NCBI GenBank assembly: GCA_964402225.1
Contig: CAYOBQ010000018.1
Location: forward strand, 9,290-73,289
Reading direction: 5' to 3'
DNA: 64,000 nucleotides
From: an uncultured Nannocystaceae bacterium
GTDB lineage: Bacteria; Myxococcota_A; Bradymonadia; UBA7976; UBA1532
Each line of letters begins with the position of its first letter. Within the stretch, counting starts at the first letter, position 1. The translations under genes and the position numbers were made by a program. Positions 31,810-41,600 of this stretch are shown piece by piece. A model generated the notes under the pieces. The model made no database searches. It worked only from the letters and a program-made list of their open reading frames with translations, and had not been told where the DNA came from.

Positions 31810-34304
31810 GGTGGACGTTTCTCACCCTCTTCGTCGCGTGCGCCGCCCAGGCGCGGGAGCCGCTGCGCGAGATCGGCCTCCTGCACGACCTGGTCGACGC
31901 CTATGCGCGCAGCGTCGACGTCGACGATCCGGCGGTGCTCGCCGACGCTTATCCCGGGCGGACGCTCGAGGACTTCGACCGCGACGGCGATGGGGCCTTC
32001 GGGGCGGCGACGGACGACGCCCTGGAGGACGTCGCGCTGGCGGTCCTCCAGTTCAACCACGACGATCTGGACGCGGACGCCGACGGCCTGATGGGGCAGA
32101 TGGAGCTCGACTGCGTGGTCGGCGAGACGCGCCTCGACCCGTCGTCGGCCCAGACCTTCGAGGGGGTCGACGACGCGGATCTGGACTGCGACGGCGATGG
32201 GATGGCGAACGGTGCGGAGCTCGCCCGCGGGCTGGATCCCCTCGACGGCCGCGACGCCCGGGCCTGTGCGGACGACGCCTCGGAGCCCAACGACGACGCG
32301 CCGGTGGTGGTGGCGAACGACTTCGAGGCGGACTTGACGCTCTGCCTCGACGACGTGGATCGCTTCGCCTTCGACGTGCCCGAGGGCACCGCCTCGCTGG
32401 TGGTGGCGGTGGGCTTCGACCACGCGCTGGGTGATCTGGACGCGCGACTCACGGCCCCGGGGGGGGACGTGTCGGAGAGCCGCTCCGTCGACGACGACGA
32501 GCGCTTCGAGGTCGCCGAGCCGGCGGTGGGGCGGTGGACGGTCGAGATCGTCGGCGCCCGGAACGACTACCAGCTCCGGCTGACGACCGTGCCGGTGGAG
32601 GGCTGCGTCCCCGACGCGCGGGAGCCGGGGGCGGGGGATGACACGCCGGAGCGGGCGCCCGTCGTCGAGGCGCAGGTCATCGAGGACCAGCGCGTGTGTC
32701 CCGGGGACCAGGATTGGCTGGCCCTCGATCTCGGCCTTGGCGACGGCCTGACGGTGCGACTCGAGATGCTGGGCAACCCGACGGGGGGAGACGGCGAGCT
32801 CGACCTGCTGGTGCATGGGCCCGGCCTACCCCGCGAGGGGGGTCCGCCACCCCTGCTGCCCAACAACGCAGGAGGCGAGGGGACGCCGGAGGACCCGTTC
32901 TATCTCGAGTTCCGCGCGCCGCGGGGCAACCCGACGATCTCGACGGGGCGCTACTACATTCAGACGGCTGGGATCGACGTCGTGCCGCTCCAGTGGGGGG
33001 ACTATCGGCTTCGGGTCGAGGTCGATCGGCTGCGGCGGCTCTGCCTGCCGGATCGGTTCGAGCCGAACGAGGACGCGGCGGGGGCGGCAAGTCTCGCGGT
33101 CTTGCCCGGCTTCGGTCGCGACGGGGCGGGGGGGCTCGAGTTGATCCCCGGCGTGGGTCGGCAGATCGACGACGTCGCGATCTGTGCGCGGGATGAGGAT
33201 TGGTTCGAGCTGGAGCTGGGGGCGGGCGACGATCTCGAGGTGGTGGTGACCCGGGAGGCGCCGGTCGAGGGCGACGTGCGCGTCGAGATTCGGGACGCCG
33301 AGGGCCGCGTCGTCGGCGATCGACGCCACGCGAACGCGGAGCTGGTGGCGACGGCCGAAGGGGTCGACGCCGGGCGACACACGATTCGCGTCGACGGGCT
33401 GACCAGCGTGCAGACGTTCTACTCGATGCGCGTCCGGCGGACGGCGGCGCCGGTGCCGTGCGCGCCCGACGGTGATGAACCGAACGACGAGCGCGGGGCG
33501 GCGACGCCGGTCGAGGCGGGGCCGCGCGAGGGCCGGACGCTGTGTGCCGCCGACGGGGACGTCGACTGGTACGCCTTTGACGTCGATGAGCTCTCGACGG
33601 TTCAGGTGGAGCTCGACTTCGCCCACGCGGACGGCGATCTCGAGCTCGACGTCTTCCGGGGCGACGCCCCCGAGGCCCTCAACGCGCAGGTGCGCGATGG
33701 CCACACACGCAGCGACGGCGAGAGCGTCCGCCTCGTGAACCAGCCGTCGGGGCGCTATTTCGTCCGGGTGACAGGTTTCTCGCCGGACGGCGTCGGTGCC
33801 GGCAACGCGCCCTATTCGTTGTCGATCGAGGTGACGCCGCGGGTCTTCGCCTGCGCCGACGACCCGGACGAGCCCAACGACGTGCTCGAGACGGCGACTC
33901 TGCTCGGCTTCGAGCCCTTGGTGCGTGACACCCAGTGGTTGTGCCAGCGGATCCCGCCGGAGAGCGACTACTTCCAGATCGACATCCCGCCGAACACGCC
34001 GCGGGTCGTGGGCGCCGACTTCGTGCTCTTCGACGACGGCGACCTCTTCCTCCAGGTCTACGATCTCGACGGGATGTTGCGCGCCTCCACGGCGTTGTTG
34101 ACGCGGAACCAGTCGAAGCAATGCGTCGTGTTCCCGGCGACGGCGGATCCGCGGTCCTACGTCCTGAGGGTGGCGCCCTTCGCGATCAACGCGGTGATCG
34201 ATGACGACGAGCGGCTCGACTACACGCTGCACGTCCTCGATGGGGAGGATTGCGAGGCGTTCGGCCACCCCAGCCCGGGGATTCATTGGCCGCGTATCCG
34301 CTGA
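31806..34304 (+). CDS. Lipoprotein with five tandem pre-peptidase C-terminal (PPC) domains and an N-terminal EF-hand/dockerin-like module.
   Basis: A GTG start gives VRWTFLTLFVAC|AAQA (lipobox). Five units of the form EPND(D/E)...A..L......(DxDWY/F)(A/E)F......v.v....DLDL......YxLRV are present. The N-terminus (FDRDGDGAF...DADADGLMG...DCDGDGMANGAE) is homologous to the N-terminus of the 26051 gene. Confidence 0.8.
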   Translation: MRWTFLTLFVACAAQAREPLREIGLLHDLVDAYARSVDVDDPAVLADAYPGRTLEDFDRDGDGAFGAATDDALEDVALAVLQFNHDDLDADADGLMGQMELDCVVGETRLDPSSAQTFEGVDDADLDCDGDGMANGAELARGLDPLDGRDARACADDASEPNDDAPVVVANDFEADLTLCLDDVDRFAFDVPEGTASLVVAVGFDHALGDLDARLTAPGGDVSESRSVDDDERFEVAEPAVGRWTVEIVGARNDYQLRLTTVPVEGCVPDAREPGAGDDTPERAPVVEAQVIEDQRVCPGDQDWLALDLGLGDGLTVRLEMLGNPTGGDGELDLLVHGPGLPREGGPPPLLPNNAGGEGTPEDPFYLEFRAPRGNPTISTGRYYIQTAGIDVVPLQWGDYRLRVEVDRLRRLCLPDRFEPNEDAAGAASLAVLPGFGRDGAGGLELIPGVGRQIDDVAICARDEDWFELELGAGDDLEVVVTREAPVEGDVRVEIRDAEGRVVGDRRHANAELVATAEGVDAGRHTIRVDGLTSVQTFYSMRVRRTAAPVPCAPDGDEPNDERGAATPVEAGPREGRTLCAADGDVDWYAFDVDELSTVQVELDFAHADGDLELDVFRGDAPEALNAQVRDGHTRSDGESVRLVNQPSGRYFVRVTGFSPDGVGAGNAPYSLSIEVTPRVFACADDPDEPNDVLETATLLGFEPLVRDTQWLCQRIPPESDYFQIDIPPNTPRVVGADFVLFDDGDLFLQVYDLDGMLRASTALLTRNQSKQCVVFPATADPRSYVLRVAPFAINAVIDDDERLDYTLHVLDGEDCEAFGHPSPGIHWPRIR

Positions 34305-34318
34305 ATAGGGACGGCGAG

Positions 34319-34596
34319 ATGTCGATTGGAAAGCGCGCGACAGCGGAGGTCTTCGGGACCTCTTGGCTCGTCTTCGAAGGGTGTGGGAGCGCGGTGCTGG
34401 CGGCCGCCTCACGCTCTTCCACCTGGTCGGGATTCCGGTGACGAACCTCTCCGTGAACCCCGCCCGGAGCACGGGGCCGGCCCTCTTCGTCGGCGGCGGG
34501 GCGCTCAGCCAGCTCTGGCTGTTCTGGGTCGCGCCGATTATTGGCGCCGCGCTGGCCGGTGTGGTGTATCCGATGGTCGCCGGCAAGGACGAATAG
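34319..34596 (+). pseudogene. aqpZ: Aquaporin Z relic. The first ~30 codons are joined, out of frame, to the last ~65 codons. An internal deletion of about 135 codons is inferred.
   Basis: The 5' part (frame of ORF 34250..34441) reads [30 protein letters not shown]. coli AqpZ starts [27 protein letters not shown]. The 3' part (ORF 34363..34596, other frame) reads [62 protein letters not shown], which matches the AqpZ C-terminus (...[45 protein letters not shown]...). The junction is near 34400-34410. Confidence 0.7.
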
Positions 34597-34607
34597 ACAG
34601 GAGCTCC

Positions 34608-36464
34608 ATGAAGCGCGCGATCCTCGCACTCTCGCTGTTGCCCGCCATGGCGATGGCGTTACCCGATGTGCAGTCCGTTGATGACCGGGTCGACGACGCC
34701 ACCCTCACGCTGCGAGTCCTCGACCGGCTCGTGCAGGGTGACTCGCGGAGCTTCTGTGAGGTTCGCATCTTCGACCGCGCCAGCGACGAGTCCCTCACGG
34801 CGGGGGACACCATCCTCATCTGGGTCTACGAGGACGACGCGCTCGGCGATGACCTGCTCTGGGAGACGGAGTTCAACGTGAGCGCCCAGGAGGCGCAGCA
34901 GCAGCGGCTCGACCGGACGTTGGACTGCTCGTCGGCCTTCGGCGACGGGGATGGCATCGGCGACAACCTGGAGATCTACGCCGAGGCCCGTGTCGAGAAG
35001 AGCGAGTGTGGCTTTGGCTGTGCCTACGACCGGCCGGAGACCGCGGCGCTCGATGTGGCCTTTGTCGGTGACGACGGGGCGGAGGACGACGACGGTCAGG
35101 GCAGCGCCGTCCGCATCCCGATCGGGCCCACCGGCGGGCGCGTCGCGCGAGACGCCGATTGGTTCGAGGTGGTGCTCGACGAGCGAGCGATCATCGACTT
35201 CCAGGCGGCGCACCGTGCTCATGTGGGGCGACTCGACGTGGCGATCTTCGCCCCCGGCGGGGCGCTCATCGCCAATGGCGGTGACGGTGACGACGTCGCG
35301 AGCCTGGTCTCACAGCCGTTGCTCCCGGGCACCTACGGCCTCCGCGTCACGCACCGCGATGGGGACGACTTCAACTTCTACGACGTCCGCCTGCGCGTCG
35401 AGCTGCGCCCCTTCACGTGTCAGCCCGGGGTCGTCGAGGAGGCGGGCTGTGGAAGCTGCGGCGCCCGTCGGCGGACCTGCGGTCAAGACGGTGAGTGGGC
35501 GGCCTTCGGCCCGTGTGGGGGTGAGGGGGTCTGCGCGCCGGGGGCCATGCGGGAAGACGCCTGCGGGCTGTGCGGCCAGCGCACCGACGCGTGCAACGGT
35601 GCCTGCGAGTGGGTGGACGGCGTCTGTCAGGACGAGGGCCCGTGCAACCCCGGATCGAGCGAGCAGGAGGTCTGCCCCGAGGGCGGCACCCGACGACGGG
35701 AGTGCGACCAGGCGTGCCAGTGGGGGGCGTTCGCGGAGTGCGTGGAGTGCGACGACGGCGCCACCCGCGCTTGCTACGACGGCGCCCCGGGCACGGAGGG
35801 GGTCGGGGCGTGCATCGCCGGGCTCGAGACCTGCATCCGTGGTGAGTGGAGCGACTGCGATGGGATGATCGGGCCGGCCTCCGAGGCGTGCGGCGACGCG
35901 GCGGACGACGACTGCGATGGCCTCGCCGACGACGAGGATCCCGACTGCCTGGCGGACCGGGGAGGCGCCTGCGAAGCCGACGGCGAGTGTCTGGCGACGC
36001 GGTGCCTGGACGGTGTCTTCCCCGCTGGCTACTGCGCCGACGAGGGTTGTGGCGCGTGCGACGATGGCGTTTGCGTGGCGCCGTTTGGGGCCGACCTCTG
36101 CCTCGCCGGGTGCGCCGCCGACCTCGACTGCCGTCCCGGCTACCTGTGCCTCGACGGCGCGTGCACCCCGCCCTGCCGTGACGATGGCGACTGCGGGGGC
36201 GTGGAGCGCCCGCTGTGCGGGGACGGGCGTTGCGTTCCCGAGGGGGGTGAGGGTGAAGGTGAAGGTGAGGGCGAGGTGCTGGACCAGGGGGTCACGCCGC
36301 CGATCGGACAATCGGACGCAGGCACCGCCGCCGACTCGGGTTCGGCGACCGCCGAGCCCGTCTCGGATTGCAACTGCCGCGCAGGCGAGTCGGCGTCGAG
36401 GCCCTGGTGGATGATGATGGTGTTGCTGGTGGGTTTGCGCCGCCGCGGTCGCGGCGGCCGCTAG
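34608..36464 (+). CDS. Secreted protein with a PPC-like domain, a large Cys-rich (disulfide-repeat) region and a canonical MYXO-CTERM sorting signal.
   Basis: AGGAG lies 7 nt before the ATG. The signal is MKRAILALSLLPAMAMA. The C-terminus reads ...[33 protein letters not shown], a Cys motif followed by a hydrophobic helix, an Arg cluster and a stop. The architecture is TraA-like (variable domain, Cys-rich repeats, MYXO-CTERM). Confidence 0.8.
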   Translation: MKRAILALSLLPAMAMALPDVQSVDDRVDDATLTLRVLDRLVQGDSRSFCEVRIFDRASDESLTAGDTILIWVYEDDALGDDLLWETEFNVSAQEAQQQRLDRTLDCSSAFGDGDGIGDNLEIYAEARVEKSECGFGCAYDRPETAALDVAFVGDDGAEDDDGQGSAVRIPIGPTGGRVARDADWFEVVLDERAIIDFQAAHRAHVGRLDVAIFAPGGALIANGGDGDDVASLVSQPLLPGTYGLRVTHRDGDDFNFYDVRLRVELRPFTCQPGVVEEAGCGSCGARRRTCGQDGEWAAFGPCGGEGVCAPGAMREDACGLCGQRTDACNGACEWVDGVCQDEGPCNPGSSEQEVCPEGGTRRRECDQACQWGAFAECVECDDGATRACYDGAPGTEGVGACIAGLETCIRGEWSDCDGMIGPASEACGDAADDDCDGLADDEDPDCLADRGGACEADGECLATRCLDGVFPAGYCADEGCGACDDGVCVAPFGADLCLAGCAADLDCRPGYLCLDGACTPPCRDDGDCGGVERPLCGDGRCVPEGGEGEGEGEGEVLDQGVTPPIGQSDAGTAADSGSATAEPVSDCNCRAGESASRPWWMMMVLLVGLRRRGRGGR

Positions 36465-36466
36465 GA

Positions 36467-36676
36467 TCAGTTGCTCTCGACGAGCTCTCGGAGGTCGGGG
36501 AACTGCTCGAAGAGCGCCTCGACCGCCTGGTCGATGTCCTTGAGCACCTGCTCACGGTTGTTGCACAGGCGGTCGATTTGTTCTGCCGAGAGCGTCGGCG
36601 GGCCGCCGGGGAAAGCGCCCGTGAAGTTCGGGTCGACCGAGTAATCCAGCTTTGCCGCCTCGTCTGCCCAGCTCAT
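36467..36676 (-). CDS. Small acidic hypothetical protein, 69 aa. It is the last gene of the KAP-NTPase module.
   Basis: The sequence MSWADEAAKLDYSVDPNFTGAFPGGPPTLSAEQIDRLCNNREQVLKDIDQAVEALFEQFPDLRELVESN is complex, has GC-rich third positions, and has GCAGGAG 8 nt upstream of the ATG. Confidence 0.5.
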   Translation of the reverse strand: MSWADEAAKLDYSVDPNFTGAFPGGPPTLSAEQIDRLCNNREQVLKDIDQAVEALFEQFPDLRELVESN

Positions 36677-36721
36677 CTCGTACTCCTGCTCACAAAGAAC
36701 GCACTATTACTCACCGTACTG

Positions 36722-36752
36722 GACCGGTCCGAACCGGTCAAGGACCGGTCCC
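36722..36752 (-). terminator. Two copies of the self-complementary decamer GGACCGGTCC, 11 nt apart, at the stop codon of the KAP NTPase gene. Possible stem-loop, attenuator or protein-binding site.
   Basis: The sequence is tGGACCGGTCCgaaccggtcaaGGACCGGTCCc. The copies can pair as a 10-bp GC-rich stem with an 11-nt loop. It is followed, in the minus sense, by a lower-GC stretch (gtacggtgagtaatagtgcgttctttgt) and no clean U-tract. Confidence 0.3.
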
Positions 36753-38651
36753 GTCGGGCTGGGGGAGGACGGCGCATCGCACCGTGTGGATGACTCTCAC
36801 GGCCTTGCCCGTGGCCTCCTCGTACATCGCGGGGCGAGGCCGGATGGGCTCCCCCGCTTCGTGGAACGCGGTCCACATCAGCCACGCGGGGACATCGTCT
36901 ACAGGGCGGCTGAACAGCCAGTCCGCATCGAACCAGCGGTCGCGGACGTCCCCCTGCTCGGGTGGCGCGTTCACGAAGCCGTAGCCGCGGGCCTGGCTGG
37001 CCAGATCCACGATGCCCAACGCGTTGACGAACACGTCCCTACTATCCTTGTCGACGAGCTTGAGCAATGTCCGGCGTAGATCCGGGGCGTTGGCGGATAT
37101 CGCCCGGGGAATCCCGTGGCGGGCGTGGGCGCGCTCGTACCGACGCCACGCCCGCTGCCCACGCTCGCGCTGCCGGTCGACGGCGCTGCGTGCATAGAAC
37201 TGACACAACTCGAAGAGGCGCATGCACTCCCCCAGCTCTCTGCCCGCGGGCTGCCGGTCGATGAGCGCCGAGAGCTTGGGGTGTCGCCAGTCCCCACCCC
37301 AGGGCGGCGTCGCGAGGAGGAGCAGCGCCTCCGGCTCACGTTCCACAGTGGCGATGAGTTCATCTGTGGCGTGTCGGTCCTCGACCAGACAGAAGACGTC
37401 AAGCAGGAGCCGGAAGACGAGCACCGATTGATTCGCGTCGAGCTCGGTCCGGCGCTCTTCGACTGCGAGCCGCATCCAGATCCAGCGCAGGGCCCGTTTG
37501 ACGCAGCGGGGCGTCTTCAGCCCCCGCTGTAGCAGGAGCTGGCTTGGCGATGGTCGCTGCCCCGCCCGCGTCAACCCGCCCGCCGGCAGGTCGAGGCTGG
37601 TCCACCACTCCGCTACGAGCGCTCGCGCATGGTTGATCTCGAACGGTGGCATTGGGAACCGGACGTCAACCAGCTTCGTGAGGTAGTCCTCGCCGCCCTC
37701 ACCGTCGCTCGCGCGGGGGGCAACGGCGTGCAGCTTGCGGAGGGCCGTCGCGTCGAGGTTGAGGAGCAGCACCGTCTGCTCCAGCGCGTGGAGGTGCCCC
37801 AGCGCGTCGAGGATCGACGGGAGCTGCGCCTCCGCCAGTCGCGTGAGGTCGTCGATGACGATGAGCAGCCGCCAACGCTCGGAACGTGTGCCCAGCATCG
37901 GGATCAGCTCGTTGACGCGCTCCACGAACGCCCGGGTGTCGATGCCCTGGGTGGCGATGACGCCGTCGTCGCCCACCAGGAGCGATGCCAGGTCGCTCGC
38001 GGCCCGCACCGCTCCCTTCGCGTTGGCGGTGCCCGCCGCGACTGCCCCTCGGACAGTGGCGGAGCCGGCCGTGAGCAGATCTGTGGTGCTCCTGCGCCGT
38101 CGCGTCACCTTCCAGCGGGTGTCGCAGAACAGCGCCAGGCTCGGATGCCATTCCTTGTTGCCAACCCCCTCGGCGAGGCGCCACGCGACCTCGGTCCACG
38201 GCAACCGCTTGTCGAGCAAGACCTGCGTGTCGACCCTGATCCTCCCGTCGCCATCGGGGTGTGGGACATCCAGCGCGGGATCCGACGCGCCGCGCGCGAG
38301 CACGCGTTTGTGGAGCCGGCGATAGATGGCCTCGCCGATTCGGTAGGCGAGGGCCTCCCAGGGGGTGAAGCCCCGGGGCGTCGAGTACCGCGCGCTGAAG
38401 CGCACCTCCAGCGGCCGGTGCTCGAGGTCGGTGGGGGTCGCCAAGCGGTCCAAGGCGGCATGGGCGAGGCTCGTCTTACCGCTTCCCCAGGGTCCCTCGA
38501 CGGAGACCGAGACCCGGTTTCGGCCCCCCTCCGTCCAGCACAGACCGATGAGCTCGACCAGCGTCTCGACCCGGTCCGGCCAGAGCTCAGGGCCGCCCGT
38601 CGTCCGCGGCGACTCCTCGAGCCAGGTCGGGAGGGGGACTCGGTCGCTCAC
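36738..38651 (-). CDS. KAP-family P-loop NTPase (637 aa).
   Basis: A GTG start overlaps the upstream stop (GTGA). Walker A is VSVEGPWGSGKTSLAHA (GxWGxGKT/S). Walker B is RLLIVIDDLTRL. Local GC is lower than the surroundings. The ORF-track entry 36738..39533 carries a 294-aa spurious Arg-rich extension. Confidence 0.8.
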   Translation of the reverse strand: MSDRVPLPTWLEESPRTTGGPELWPDRVETLVELIGLCWTEGGRNRVSVSVEGPWGSGKTSLAHAALDRLATPTDLEHRPLEVRFSARYSTPRGFTPWEALAYRIGEAIYRRLHKRVLARGASDPALDVPHPDGDGRIRVDTQVLLDKRLPWTEVAWRLAEGVGNKEWHPSLALFCDTRWKVTRRRRSTTDLLTAGSATVRGAVAAGTANAKGAVRAASDLASLLVGDDGVIATQGIDTRAFVERVNELIPMLGTRSERWRLLIVIDDLTRLAEAQLPSILDALGHLHALEQTVLLLNLDATALRKLHAVAPRASDGEGGEDYLTKLVDVRFPMPPFEINHARALVAEWWTSLDLPAGGLTRAGQRPSPSQLLLQRGLKTPRCVKRALRWIWMRLAVEERRTELDANQSVLVFRLLLDVFCLVEDRHATDELIATVEREPEALLLLATPPWGGDWRHPKLSALIDRQPAGRELGECMRLFELCQFYARSAVDRQRERGQRAWRRYERAHARHGIPRAISANAPDLRRTLLKLVDKDSRDVFVNALGIVDLASQARGYGFVNAPPEQGDVRDRWFDADWLFSRPVDDVPAWLMWTAFHEAGEPIRPRPAMYEEATGKAVRVIHTVRCAVLPQPDGTGP

Positions 38652-41600
38652 GCCTCCGGCTCCGTCGGGGCGAGCCAGGTTGGCGGCCACTGAGATCGGT
38701 CCTCGTACTCGAGCCCCTCGATCTTGGCCCCGAACGTGCGGTCCTCCGGTTCCGTCCAGCACAGGAGCCCGTGGAGCCTCCGCGATCCGGCGTGAATCGT
38801 GATCTCCGGTCGCGTCGCCCCTGCCGACTGTTCGACGGGTGGCAATCGCGGGTGCCCTTCGGCGAGCCGTCCGCCCAGCCCTCCGTCTGGGGTGATGTCG
38901 ACCGCGAAGGCCGCAGCGCAGGTCCCATCGATCTCGAGGTCGAAGCTGCACTCCACGCCTCGGAACCGTGGGTAGGCCCGCTCGCGCGAGAGGTAGCGCA
39001 GGACGCGCCCGGCCCGTATCCGAAGGGCCACGTCGGCGAGGACTCGCAGCGTCGAGACCCGGAGGGACAGCCACGTCTCGCGGTGTGTCTCCCCGATCAC
39101 GAAGACCCCGCCGAGGTGGTTTGTGTAGGCGCCGGGCTCGAGCGTCGGGATCGTGTTCTCGGGGCCTCGTCTGACGCCGATGGGCCCGGTGCTCGGGAGC
39201 AACTCGCCGAAGCGGTCGGTGATATGCGAGAGGACCTTGCGAATCCAGAGATAGGCGTGCTGGCTCGGCCGCGCAGACGCCGCCAGCTCCCGCAACCTCT
39301 CCGGCTCGGCGTCCGGTTCGAGCTCTCGACCTGCGAGCACCGACCACGGCGCGGCCGGCTCCATGCCCGCGCTGAGGTGAGGGTCGAGGGTGTCGTAGTC
39401 TGTGCTCTTGCTGGCGAGCAGCTTTTCCTCCGCCTCGAGATCCGAGACGAGGGTGTCGAGCTTCTTGAAGAGGCCGTCGCACCGGTCGTTGAAGTCCGCG
39501 AGCGCGTCGCTCTTGGAGCCCACCCACCTGCACAGCGGAGACAGGTAGTGGCCCTCCAGGAGGGCGCGAAGCTGTGCCTGGTCATCGCCCACCTCGTGTT
39601 CGCAATAGCGCCAGACCCGTTCCAGCATCTCGTCGAACACGCCCTGTCCGAGCCGTCGCCCGACGAGGGCGACGATGCGGGGGCCAAACGGCGGGTTGTC
39701 CAGGTCGTGTAGCTGGCGCTGGATGAGCAGGTGCAACGTGGTCTCGGCCCATACCAGCGCCCGGTCGGCCGCCGAGACGATGCCCTCTGCCCGTCGCAGC
39801 CCCATCGCCTGACCCAACAGGAACTGCAGCTCGAATCGTCGCCACGATGTCGCCCCGGCGCGTCGCCACACCGCGTGGGCGAAGATGTCCTCCAAGAACA
39901 GCGCGCGCTGCCGGTCGAGCCACGCGTGGCGATGGTCGGCCGCACCGAAAGCGCCGATCTCCCGTGCGCACGCGTCGAAAGACGCACGGGTATCGCGGTG
40001 CGCGTCCGGACTCAGCCAGCATCGCAGCAGCCAGTGACCATGCTCGTGGAACAGCACCGTCAGCGTCAGCGGGTTCATCGCCTGAAGTTGAGAGAGACGC
40101 AGCACGGGGATCCGCCCGAGCCCCCGCGTCTCAATGGCCGCGTCGGCGCTGAAGAACGCCGTCATCGCGGCGCTCTTGGGCCGTGGGACGCCCTCCGCCC
40201 GGCGCCGCGTGGCCCAGGTGCGCTCGTCGAGGGCGAAGATCGCTGACGCCACGTTGGTCACCACGCCGATGAGTTGGTTGGTCCCCACCGGCACCTCGCC
40301 GCTCAGCGGCGGAACGCCCCCCATCAGCGGGGAGAACTGAACTCGCTGCTCGAGGGCGTGTTGTCCGTACTCGGTGACCTCCCCGACGAGGGTCGGCAGC
40401 TCGGGTGCGGCGTATCCCTTGGTGTCGGGATAGAAGACGACGCGTCGAACGACCGCCGCGAGATCAGCGAGGTCGACCACCGAGCCGAACATGTCGGGGA
40501 GCGACAGGGTGTCTGCGAGCGCGTTGAGCCAGCCGCGCAGCGCCAGCGCTTCGATGCGCCCGATGCTGCGGGCGCTGAGTCGATCGCGTTCGAAGCGCGC
40601 CTGGCTCGGCGCCTGGTTGTGGCTCAGCGTCGAGTAGCCGTAGCGCCGACCGCGGGGCCCTGCCTTCCGTTGCTCGAGTCCAGTCGTCGGCGTGCGCCCG
40701 AGCAGCGAGGTCACGTCCAGGACATGTCGCGCGTGCTCGAGGTGGGCCCGGGACCAACATGCGAGGGCGACAAGGACCACGAATCCGCGTCGGCCGTCCG
40801 GCACCTCGCAGCGCAACGCGATCGTCGTTCCCAGGGGTCCAGAGGCGTCGCTCACGTCCGCGCGCGTGTCCCCGTGGGCCTCCATCAGTCGATCGGCGAA
40901 CAACTGAACGACATCGCGCACCTCATCGGCGTGTCCCGGCTTGGGGAGCCACTGAATCAACGCACGGACGCGGTCCGAGCCTTCCTCCGCGTGGGAGAAG
41001 GCCTCCTCGACGCGTCCGCCCAGGTCATCGATGAAGGCGGCGCGGTCGTGGTCCTCGGCGTCGTCGTCGTGGGTCGGGTTGCACACCGCCCGGCACACCT
41101 CGGTCGTGGCGCGATGCGCCTCGCCGTCGCCCAGCCACCCGAGCAAGCCGGCGGCGTGCAGCCCCGTGTAGGCGCGTGCCGCGACGACGACGTGGGAGAC
41201 CCCGAGGAGCTGGTCGAGCGCGTCCGCCGTGAATCCCGTCGGGTTGGCGAGCCCGCCTGTTTGGAGCCGGCGGTCGGCGATCCACCGACGGATGATGCCC
41301 CGCGGTACGTAGAGCGGTGAGTCGTCCCCCGACGACCGAAGCGCCTCGCGCAGCCTGCCGTAGACCTCCGGGAGGTGGTGCACCTGAATCGACTCGATGT
41401 CGGCCGCTACGCTCGCGACGGCGTGGGCGGTCGGTCCGCTGATAACCACGACCAACTCCGGCCAGGAGTAGGCGTCGAGCACCACGCAGTGGCAGCCCCG
41501 CACCCGGGCGCGCTCGTAGACCATCGCGGCGGTCGCGGTCTCCAGGGCGTGTCCGCTCGCCGTGGCGATCGCATCTGTGAGCTTGATACAGACGACGCCG

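Noticed and set aside
36738-39533. 931-aa version of the KAP NTPase ORF with a 294-aa Arg-rich N-terminus.
   Set aside because: The extension overlaps, out of frame, the 3' end of the 1107-aa gene and is compositionally junk. A GTG overlapping that gene's stop gives a KAP protein of typical length that begins just before the Walker A.
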